This document shows, piece after piece, positions 24,001-34,714 of a DNA stretch of 64,000 nucleotides; the first letter of the stretch is position 1, and the number at the start of each line of letters is the position of its first letter. The stretch is from assembly GCA_037447605.1 (NCBI GenBank), contig CM074819.1, forward strand, positions 2,345,580 to 2,409,579, written 5' to 3'. This DNA is from Zygnema circumcarinatum SAG 698-1b. Lineage: Eukaryota > Plantae > Zygnematophyceae. A program made the position numbers and the translations under genes. The notes beneath the pieces were generated by a model that worked only from the letters and a program-made list of their open reading frames with translations, was not told where the DNA came from and did no database searches.

Positions 24001-27000
24001 TGCCGGCCCACGCCCCCTTCACCAACCTTCTTTTCAGAATGTCCACCAGTGTTCCGGTCGAAGTCTTCTTCAGGCCTAACATTTCTGCTTGATGAATCTT
24101 TCTGCTCTTTCCTCTGTCGGACGTCAAATCCTCCCACTGCATCAAAGTCTGCAGCAGCCTTGTCCCCTTCAGCCTGTTTTGCTTTTTCCGCCTTTCTGGT
24201 AATACTGTGACCATCAGAAACCCCTGCCTTTCTGTCCTTCCCTGATGCTTGCGTACAAGGCGCGAGAATGTCCTTGACTTCGCCTGTCTCTACATCGTCC
24301 GTCCGCTTCTTCAACACCTGAAGATCACTGGATCCACTTGGGCGCCTCTCCCGAGTATCCGGTGCACCTGGGCTGCTCGCAGGTCTCTTGCCTGCACCTT
24401 CATCAGAACTGTTCAACTCCACCTTATCCGTGAAGCCTTTCCTTTCCCGTGAACCTGCCCGGTCTCCTCTTCTCTTCACTGAAGACTCCTCCAAACCACG
24501 CAGATCTGGAAAAGAATTTGACCTCTGATTCCCAAGAGTATTAACTGGTCTTTCTTCAGAGTCCCCTGCACTCTTTGGGAGACTCAGAAAAGCCGCTGGT
24601 TCTTGAGAATGTGGCTCTGCTCCCTGGCCTAATGCTCCAAGTTCCTCCTCATCTGAAGAGCTGCCCCAATCTATCCCAGTATCCAACATTCTCCCTTCCA
24701 CTTCTAATGATGGTTTGTAAGCCTTAGATCCCGTTACATTAAGCCTACCCACCTTTCCTGCAAGCAATTTCGTAGCATCCGGTGCTCCTTTCATCGTAAA
24801 CGATCCAAGTTCCTCCTCTCGCTTATGTTGCAGCTCTGTTGTTGTAACGGGAACCCCAACCTCATTCACTCGTGATGTCGGAGGGACTGCATTTGATGCT
24901 GCTTTGCTAACATCCTTTCCTTTACCCGGTTCTCTTCCTATGGTCTCAGTAACAGTCCATATAACTTCTTGTTCATTGCCCTTTCCAAACACTCGCACAT
25001 TCCCTGACACCACGGACGTCCTTGTTCCTAATTGCCCCTCGACAGCCTCTGACAAGTCTTCTGCTTTCCCCAGTAGTCGCGCTTTAAGGCTCCTCAAAGA
25101 GCATACCAACGAGTCCTTCAGTGGAGACAGAAGTCCTCCCTCCGGCAAAAAGCTTGAAGTCATCACCTGTATGCGAAAGGACATTAAACTTCAGAGAACA
25201 ATCTTAAGCATGGTTACGCCGGGTGACTGATTTTGTTCATTGCTTTAGGAGCCAGTCCAATCCATAGTTAGTCAGTCAGTTTGGCTGTCCTTCCAACTGG
25301 AGCTCCTTGGTGAAGGATGCGCCTTGCGGTAAAAGGTTATGGTTAAATGAAGTCGGAAGTTGAAATAAAGGTAAAAGTTGCGAAGGTGAAGGTGGTGACG
25401 GTTGAAGGTGGAGGAAATCGTCATGAGGGTTGAGGTGAGGGCCATGGAAAGGGTTCTCGTCAACTTGCCATGAAGTTGTGGTGAAGTTTAAATGGAGAAT
25501 TCAGGTGAAAACCCCTATGCAGGTGTAAATGAAGGCTGGCGTGGAGGCCAAGCAATGATGCAGGTTAATGAAAATGAAGGTGTTGACAAAAAATATGAAA
25601 AAGGTTGCGATGAACGTCAATGTATGGTTGTGCTGGAAGCGTGAATGTATCAGTGAAGGCTATTATTCCAGGCGGCTAGTTCACCATAATTCTAAGAAAA
25701 CATGGACAGTGTAAACTATCAGCTAAAGAACACAGTTGGCATTGAGAAGCAGAAGGGGAACCTGCAAAATTGTCTGTGGACTGGGTGAGCGACCACAAGA
25801 CAGAGCTGAATGCTGCATAGTTTCAGGCAGCTTCAATGCCGGCAGTCCTCCCAGGTCAGGAGTGACGCTCTGCGGCCGTCCTTTGGAGTCCTTTTGCTGC
25901 AACGCGCTGCGTCCCTTGCCCGCTCCAAAGGCATCCCTGCCGGCAGCATGCGCCCCCCCCTTGCTCGCCGTAGTTCTGGGTTGTTCTTCCGCAGAGCTGG
26001 CAGCCTCTCCCTCGCCGCTATGCTCTGGGCCTGGTGCCAGCTCTCTGGGCACACTCAGCACCTGCAATGGCATGGCAGGTCATTAAACTCACGAACACAG
26101 CCTCACCATGAAGCAACGCACTGTTTCAACATGAAAGCCGCGGGACATAACATTCCCACATGTAGTCTCACTTCAAGGGGGGCGGAATGTTTTGCTGTGG
26201 CATTGAAGTGCTTGAGACGCTGTTCCCCAGGATTAGCTGTGACGGGTGCGAGAGGAGGACTCGGCTGAGGATGAGGAGCACGCATATGTGTCGGCAAGAA
26301 GGTTCCATATGAACCATAATGTGGTCCTGGAAGCACAACGAGAACACCATAACTGAGGTACAACTCCTAACAGAACTGGAGCAAGAGGAAGGCAAAGGAA
26401 GAAAGGCAAGGCTGCTCTTCTGTACATTTGTCACACACTTGCTACAATTTCCAATTAAGCGCGGATATAATAGCTTGAATCACCAATGCAGCAACTACTG
26501 CGATTCAGATAACACAGACAGAAAACACGAACACTCCCAAGCACAATCAAGCACTTCCATATCGAATACCATTATTCCAGCAAGTCAATTGAAAATATGC
26601 ATTTTGACCAAACACACGCAACCCCAATAACAAAATTATGCAGACGGTTTTGTAAGCTTCAAAACTCTAAATCCAAAAGCGATGCGAAAAAAAGTAACCA
26701 GAAAATCCCTTGCCATGTAAGAGCTTCATGACATACTTCAAAAATGAAAAAAGGAGGCCAGGACATGCATAGTGGACACGATTTTTGCTTCTCTGAACAT
26801 CTGCCTGTATCCTTTCCAATTGCACTAACCGGCTAATTGCATAGAGCATGCTTCGCTGTACTTAACAGTTTCAGAGAAAACACCGACCTGAACTTGAGAC
26901 AGTGCCTCTAAATTCGTTTTGCTTGTCGCCAAGGAGCGAGCGAATACGCCTTGTCAAATGATCCTCGTCCTGAAGTGAGAAGAAAAGAAAGAAAGAAATC

Positions 27001-28174
27001 ACAACCCCCGCATAGTTCAGAAAATTCAGCGATGAGTGACTTCTTCTGCTTGTCCTGCGAGGTCCGCGTCACCAAATGGCGCTTCCAGTTGCTATTTAAG
27101 GTATGGGAGAAGAACAATCAGGCAACGACATGAAGAAAACAGTAAAGCTCGCAGAACAGAACGGGAAGCCCGAGAACAGTAAACTCGCAAGTGTCAGCAA
27201 GTCAGGTAGGCTTGAAGATGTGAAAGCTACTCCCAAGTTTCTTATAAATGTTTAGAACTTGAGAGGCGACTTAAGGAGCAAAATCACAAAGCGTAGAACA
27301 GCGCCTTAAAAGAAAATCTCCTCGACAAGCTCGCCTCATACTGGTAACAGCAAAAGCTAGAACAGGCAGACCTCCTTGCCTTACTTGACAGAGAACTGAT
27401 GTTTAGAACTTGAGAAGCGACTTATGAGGCAAAATCCCAAAGCGTAAAGCAGCGCCTTAAAAGAAAATCTCCTCGACAAGCCCGGCTCATACTGGTGACA
27501 GCGAAAGCTTAAACAGACAGACCTCCTTGCCTTTCTTGACAGAGAACTGATGAATCTTCTGGCAAAGTTCATCCCGTTGATTCAAACCTAGACTGAGAAG
27601 TTCAAAGGTGAATTCGAAGAGAAGCCCACCACGCGCAGGGGATAAAGGAAACAAAGGAAAAGAGGTTGTATACTGTTGAAAAGCAGCAGATAAGACGAAG
27701 ACTAAAACACAAGAAAGCGAGAGCTGCTCTGTGATGCAATGGCTGCCATGGTTAAAAGTAACGAATTTTGAAAATTTCCCGCCAGAACATAGAGTTATCT
27801 GAGACAAATTCTTGCCTCAGAATTAGGCTGACCAATGCACATGTTCCACTACTGTCAGAACCTCTGAACCAGGCGCCGCATGCCAGACGCTATACAGTGC
27901 AACTGCAGGTCGCAGACCGAGGCAAAGCACATAAGGATAGGAGTTTGTGGAAAGTTGTGAGGTCAGAAGGTTGATTATGATGCAAAAAGCACAGAGGAGA
28001 GTTGTCGGTTTGCATGCCGGGGGAGCTTACATCGTCAGCGTGTTGAAACGGAGCCGCGGGCCCTCTGGCGGCAGCGTGCGCGTTCTTTTTCGAGGAGTCT
28101 GCGGCCGCCCTGAGTCCGCCATGCGCCGAAGCGGGCGGCGCTGGCGGGGCGTAGGCGGGCAGGGGCGCGTCCAT
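18098..28174 (-). CDS. CW-type zinc-finger protein, CWZF3/5/7-like (At3g62900-type), large multi-exon gene
   Basis: Conserved N-terminal block RIRSLLGDKQNEFRGTVSSS-GPHYGSYGTFLPTH. CW domain EWVCCDKCNLWRLLPP...LPDEWNCYMNDW...CNVAQERTT. C-terminal helical domain RMLKRAADQ/YMRAALKFMEAAS/FCAKEYERRKLAGAAAVAWKCAAVAR. Start exon 28174-28031. Some internal junctions are approximate. Confidence 0.85.
27248..27549 (+). repeat. Tandem duplication of a 151-bp unit in CWZF intron 1
   Basis: 27248-27398 and 27399-27549 both run ATGTTTAGAACTTGAGA...TTGACAGAGAACTG, with scattered substitutions. Confidence 0.92.
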
Positions 28175-28312
28175 GGCGGGCGGGGCCGGGGAGCGCGCCG
28201 GCGCCTCAGGCGCGGGGGGAAGCCGGCCCCCTGTTCGCTAGGGCAAAGGTAGGTTAGGGCAGGCCCGGCCCGCCCCGCCACCCCGCCCGCGCAACCGCTC
28301 CGCTCCGCGAGC

Positions 28313-28610
28313 CATGCCATGCCATGCCATGCCATGCCATGCCATGCCATGCCATGCGACCATGCCCCTGCCGCATGCCATGGCATGCCATGTGACCATG
28401 CCCCTGCCACATGCCATGCCATGCCATGCGACCATGCCCCTGCCGCATGCCATGGCATGCCATGTGACCATGCCCCTGCCACATGCCATGCCATGCCATG
28501 CGACCATGCCCCTGCCGCATGCCATGGCATGCCATGCGACCATGCCCCTGCCACATGCCATGCCATGCCATGCGACCATGCCCCTGTCGCCATGAGAGCA
28601 TGCCATGACG
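28313..28610 (+). repeat. (CCATG)n microsatellite grading into a 36-bp/72-bp higher-order repeat upstream of CWZF
   Basis: Alternating 36-mers GCGACCATGCCCCTGCCGCATGCCATGGCATGCCAT and GTGACCATGCCCCTGCCACATGCCATGCCATGCCAT. Confidence 0.95.
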
Positions 28611-28699
28611 CCCTTCGGGCCCGTGCCAGCATGCCCTGATTCGCCGTTGAAGAGCCACCGTATAATAATATCACTGCTTAGTGCTGGCCGCTGGGGTGA

Positions 28700-28730
28700 G
28701 ATGTGGCATTCATCTCACGATGGCGATGCC
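28700..28730 (-). mobile_element. Very short remnant of the RLE-LINE 3' end
   Basis: GATGTGGCATTCATCTCACGATGGCGATG versus GATGTGGCATGGATCTCACGATGGCGAGG at 5088. Confidence 0.5.
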
Positions 28731-29364
28731 GCTACTGTACTTGCTCTGATTCCGAACCAGAAATTTGTAGCCACCGCCAAATACCTAAAGCCACATCTCT
28801 TCTCCTAAAGGGATTCTTAGCCATCACCAAATTCCATACGAGAAATTGCTAGCCATTGCCCTAGTTAGCCATGGAATAACCAGTAGTTGTGGTAGCGACA
28901 CCTTTGTCGACCTTTTTGTATGCCAAAACTATACTGTCCGTTCCGGAATGTCATCACAACATTACACCTTCCACAGTCATAGGGTTTCCCTAAAATCCCT
29001 ATCCCTAGCTAGTAACTATTTGATTAGTAATCACGTTTGGCAAGTTTTAGGTAGTTGTTTTTCGAAGTGACTACATGCAAATATATGCAGTGGGGGAAAT
29101 TGGACGTGATTGAATGCAGTATGATACTGTGCGTAGCAAGCGGACTGCGCGTAGGACGGCGGCATCACAGATGATGAGAAGAAAACCACCAGAATAACGC
29201 TCATGTTTCACCTAAACAGTCACACCGGAGTGCCATGTGTCACAGCACTTAACAAAGGCTTCTCCTGGGCAACTGGTCAAACCATTACTTACAGAGGAAA
29301 GAGCATTTAAGCCATACAGAACACGGTTCCACATTTGCGCAACCATAACTTTGTGCCATAAATG

Positions 29365-32300
29365 TCACGCCACTAAAAGAAACTGGAAAACATCTGTCAA
29401 GGAAACAACGCCCTCTACTCGCCGACTGCCCGCTTCCACGCAGATCAGACGGCGCACCCCTGCGGACCCGACCCACCCCCCCCAGGCCCACCGTGACACG
29501 GGCTCAGTGCTCGGTACGTCCCTCAGCCGCCAGCACAGTCTCAACAACTTGACGCGAAACCCACCAGGCAGGGCCAGGCGGTCAATGGCAGAGCGCAACG
29601 TGTCGGTCTGTAGGCACATGTGGCAGCGCGAGGCCGGGCCGGCGCTGCTGTTCACACTTGCGTCTTGGCGGTACCGCAGCGCCTGGATGCAATCCCGCAC
29701 AGGGTGTCAGTGGCCGAAAAGCTCTTGAAAACAACTGCAGGGAAGCGGCGCGAGATTAACCATAGCAAATCCATTGACGTGCTGGGCTTCACCTCTGCAA
29801 TTGTGATGTCGTCCAGCTGCAATCGGGCATACGCTCTTTCTCGAGCCAGAGCAGTGATGTCGCTGCATCCCCGCACATCAGCTTAATAACGAGCACAGAT
29901 AGCCTGTCTATAGATTTGGCCCACACAGACTGCGTTCAGAAAAGGATGGTACTTCTGCAGATTAGATTGCAGATAGCCTAGAAACGTTGCTTTGTATATT
30001 GCACGTGCCATGGAGGGGTCAGAGAACTCATGCGCTGCTGCAGTTAGGGGAATAACCAAGAAGCATATGGGTCACACACGCAAGTCAATAGCACAGCAAT
30101 TTGAGACAGAAAAGTCAACAACATCCGTCCACTCGAAGGAACACGCGATCTTAAGTGGCCTAGGGCCAAAGGCTGTGCTGACTTTCCAGAGTTCACCGGG
30201 TCACACCCTGCTGTTGTCCCGTCACAAAAGTTAAAATCAAAGGCGAACAAAAGCACGAAAAAGGAATCCCAGTGATCCTTTGACGGCATCAAGAGAAGCC
30301 AGCCTCTATCATCATATTGTGATTGTGAACACCAAAAGTAGCTTACGACAAGTTGACGTTGCTTAAGCAAAAATAAAAAAGATCAGGGAGCCTTAAGAGG
30401 TCAACACATTTGGAAACCCAATGGATTCCAACCGTGGAGACCCTGGAGTGGTTGTGAACAAGCCCCACATAATCTATGTACACTCTACAACCAACTTTCA
30501 AAACACAAGGCAAAACTAAAAAAAAACAATTCCCCTTCATTCCTTGCAGCATTCAAAAATAATTCCCAGGGCCAGGATCTCAAGATAATATACCCAAACG
30601 AATGATGAACACACCAAAATGCCAAGCATAACAAGCAACTGGACGCTGTTAGCGCTTTCAGAGAGTTGCAAGCAGTGTGCACCTGCGCGCATAAACATCT
30701 AGAAGAGCTCCACTTTCATCCACCACCGGCATTGAGCTCACTCCCTCTGTCTCCATCGACAACAATCCCAATGCCGCTTATCAGCTTCGGCTTGGCGCAT
30801 TTCCCACGCATCTATTGGTGCCAAATCCCGCATTCAGACAAGGCCCAGCAACCCCATACGATGAACCAGACCTGTGAGGAGCACCGACAAAGCTGCAGTG
30901 AGTGGCGCGTTTGGCCGCAGAGTGGAGAGCGACTTGCGGCCGCTGCCAGTCTTGCCGGTGCCCGGAGCCCACGTGCCCAGCGGCAGCGCTCCCAGCGGCT
31001 GCGACAGCAGGGGAAGGGACCCGGCCACATGCCGAAAATGCCGCGCCACGCCTGTACAAACCCCCGGAGACCCTCCTACTCTCATAGGAGTGGCAGACGC
31101 TTTGCTAGTTCTCCATGCCTCAGCATAGGAGCCACGACATCACTCTATTGCCCATTTTATAAACAGAAGTTGATAACGAGTCGACGAGGGCAGGAAAAAT
31201 TAACCATCCTCACATTTAAGAATGCCGGATAAGGAGGCCAGGTGAAGCAATTGGGGAGGGCTGCCAGTCGCTGCTGCATGATGAAGTACAGGCACTGAAG
31301 CAATCCCATGTTGCAGCAAAAGCTCCGTTACGCGGCGTAGGGTGTCGTCTGGTCCGATCTGCATCCTATGCCCTTGTCCTGCTATCGTCAGCAATCATTC
31401 CAGCACCATAAGTGCCTATATGTCGTGTAAATATCTATTTTTTTTTCCCAAAGAACTGTCCCAGCACACAGCTGTACCAATTTGAATCGTCAGCCCGAAC
31501 CCCCGCATATGGTGTTAATGAACAGGCGCCCTAGGATGGTCGTAGGAGTTCAACTTTGTGCAAGGCTAATGCAGCCAATAGGCAGCTACGTGCCGAGCAC
31601 AACAGCAAGCCATGTGTTTCTGTAAGCCTGAACTTTCCAGGCAGCAGCAAACCGTGACTTCCTGTCACAAGCATGCACCTCGACAGACTAACAATGAACA
31701 AGAGAGGTCATGATCGTTCACTTCCGTTTGGCACAAAACTGTTAATCCAAAAGTCTACGCTTTACGGTCGATAGAGCATGTTCACGCCGCCTGGAAGCAT
31801 TATGGGAACAGCCCGCACATGAATGAGGGGTCGCCGGGACGGAGTGTGAGGTGCATCAGTAGAGCGTGCCAAAACTTGTTTCGCTTCCTTCCATGCGGCG
31901 ATTGTGTGCGTCTCCAACTCCTCTTCGCTCAACTGCGCTCCACTGCTACGTAACTGCTCAACCCCACAAGCCCTAAAATCAACTTTGAGTGCTTTCACCT
32001 CTATTTATGCCCTGCCCATGCTGCGTCAAATACACGCGTCCCCCATCCATACGTTGGCTTATCCCATCACCTGTTGAATGATGGTGATAAAATCCGATGC
32101 GCTTAGCATCCCAACAAAGTCGCAGCGCTCTGAATCCCACAATGGCGCTGCTGGCACTCCCTGGCCCCTCATTCAGCTCACATAAAACCTCAGCCTACAC
32201 ATTTCAGATGATGCTTTGAAAGATGCAGTGACGTTTGAATAAAAGCTTGCGCCAGCCGAGCCCCACCACAATTCGCAAAGAAGGCGAACTTCAAGAATAT

Positions 32301-33873
32301 TAACACAAAGCTGCGAGCACACAAGGCCCACAATTATCTACTTTTCACCAGGTAGCTTTTCCTGATTTCTAGCAAACTTACTTCTTTTCTTTCCAGACTT
32401 CTTTATGCCGCTACCCTTATTCTGACCATTTGGGACCCTTCCCTTAATCTTCCGTTCTCACCATTACGGCTCAATGCCTCATTCGGCCATCAAATTCTCC
32501 AATTCAATATCATGAAATTCTATGGACATGCCTGCCCTGCAGGTTCTTTATGTTGCAGGCAATAGAATAAGTACGTACCTGCTCATACAGTGCATGAAAC
32601 GCCTGCTTTACTGGCAAAGTTATGTCCAATGCTACGACCTGCGTAGCAATCACAGCCATGATTGGAATGATTCAGACAAGAATAAAGTGTTTCAGTGTCC
32701 TGCGTCTGTGAGGGCCGCGACGCAGATATTTGTCTTTTCTTCCAGCTCCATACGCCACACTCTCTTTCCATGAACCACCGATGAAAGGGGTCCGAAATCT
32801 GCCTATTTCATGTAGTATGGATTCTACTACACATCCTAACACAGGTATAATGAAAGCCGGTCCAGTTTCAGCCAATGTCCAATATTTTTGAACTCTCTGA
32901 AGCAAAAAAATGACCAACCAGACATAGGCTTCATAAGCTCTCAAAGGGTTACAACATTCACCTTTCCGGATTCCGGAAGAAGCTCATGAGCATAGTGAGT
33001 GCTCAAAAAATCTGTAATTCGCTGTCGCGACGCCTCAGCATCAGCAGCAGAGACCGCTTCAGACGCCTCTGGCAACATACGGACGGGCGAGGCGAGGGCT
33101 GCTGAAGGGGCCTGAGCCTGCAGCAACTGCGAGTGTTGCCGTTGCTGTGGCTGGGAATGGGAGGGACTCTCCTGCACCAGAGGTAGCTGCAGGGGCGGCA
33201 GCGAGGCGTGCACTGGCTGAGGGACTTCTATAGGATCCACTTCCATACTGGCGCCGGCTCCGCCAGGCACCTGCTGCGTTTGAGGCGCCTCGGAAATGAC
33301 GCTGGGCAAGAGGGGCTGCGAGTCTGCGGCCATGGAACGAGCTGTGGAAGGGGCGGATGCAGGCGCAGCGAGAGGCTGAGGCTCAGGGTCGCGCACGAGG
33401 AGCCAGTTGTTAACATTGCCGAGCGGGTCCGGCATGTACGCCTGCCTCTCATCATGCCGCCATTCGCTATCCACAATAAACTTGTACTGCCCACACCCGC
33501 AGCCCTCCCAGAGCGTCCCTCTTGGCCTGCTGGCAGTGCACGCTAGCACCTTCATGCCACAGCAAAGCAGAAAAAGGGGAAATAAAGTGACGCATGTACC
33601 TGGTGGTAGCCAGGAGGAAGACTGCACACGACAGCGAAGACGTTGGCCACTCCTTCGACAGGCGCCATGGGAAGCGACTCGCGCCACCTGCATGCGGCGG
33701 TGCCGCGTCTGAATGAATAGAGTTGGCGAGGGAGAGAGAGAAGAGAAAGGGCGCTAGCGAGGCGGGGAGAGGGGCAACCTTGTGAAGGAGCCGCAGAGAT
33801 GCACGTGGCGGCCGCCGTGAGGCCACACGAAGCGCGTGGGCACCAGCGGGCCGCCGTCGCCGCCGCCCATCAT
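29365..33873 (-). CDS. SNF4: SnRK1 hybrid beta-gamma subunit (KINbetagamma/SNF4): N-terminal carbohydrate-binding module plus four CBS domains
   Basis: Exons encode [137 protein letters not shown] and [28 protein letters not shown]. Confidence 0.96.
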
Positions 33874-33957
33874 CGCTGCCTGCTCCGATACAGATACAGC
33901 TCCTCCTCCTCCGCTCTCTCTGGCGAGAAGCGGTGTCGGCTGCCTCCCTCGCACTCA

Positions 33958-34049
33958 GGGTTAGGGTTAGAGTTAGGGCCGGGGCCAGGGTTAGGGTTAG
34001 GGTTAGGGTTAGGGTTAGGGTTAGGGTTAGGGTAAGGGTTAGGATTAGG
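33958..34049 (+). repeat. Interstitial telomeric tract with 7 perfect TTAGGG (33991-34032) plus degenerate units, 85 bp upstream of the SNF4 ATG
   Basis: Directly visible. Confidence 0.95.
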
Positions 34050-34714
34050 TGCTGCTGAACGACGCGCAGTCATCATGAGCGTGTCCGCCTCCACCTCCGG
34101 TTAGGGCTAAGGGCCGCCCACCCGGTACCGTACCGCCCGCCCGCCCGCCGGGCCGTGCGGCAGCGGAACGCGGGCCGGAGCGGGGCGGGGGGGGGGGGCG
34201 AAGGTGATACGGCGAGTGCGGCCGTTGGCCGGGGAGGGAGAGAGGCCCGAGGTCCGAAGCCATCCGCCGGACGGACGGACCCCGCCTCCCCTCGGTCGCT
34301 GCCCCCTCCTCGCCTGCACCGGCCCTGCCCTCCAACCCAAACTCAAAGTTCGTTTCCGCCTTCGCATTATTGCCTACTTCTCCACTCTCTGCCTCAAATG
34401 CCTGCCGATGTTTCTCTGATGTACTTCTCCTGTCTGCTCTTTCTCCCCCCCTTTCATTTCTCTTTCCCTTTCCCACTTACTCCCTGCTTTGCGCCTCCTT
34501 AATACTATCTCCACATTCCTCCCCTCGCCTCTCTCCTCTCCTTTCTTTCTCGCTCCATGCACTAAAATGCTGTTTGCCGCTGAATTCTGAAGGATACACG
34601 GAATGAGAGATCACATTGTGGGAGGCATGCACTAATAGATGAATGCTAACGGTGAATCCTTTCCTCTTCCCTCTTTTACCCTCTCACCTTGCCTGTAGTC
34701 TTTCCTGAGCAGCC

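Noticed and set aside
28255-28638. hAT MITE enclosing the CCATG array (TAGGGCA...TGCCCTG)
   Set aside because: The inverted match is only ~6 bp and the 8-bp flanks differ (AGGTAGGT versus ATTCGCCG).
28975-29015. Helitron 3' end (hairpin plus CTAG)
   Set aside because: The hairpin is short and AT-rich, and no 5' TC end or second copy was found.
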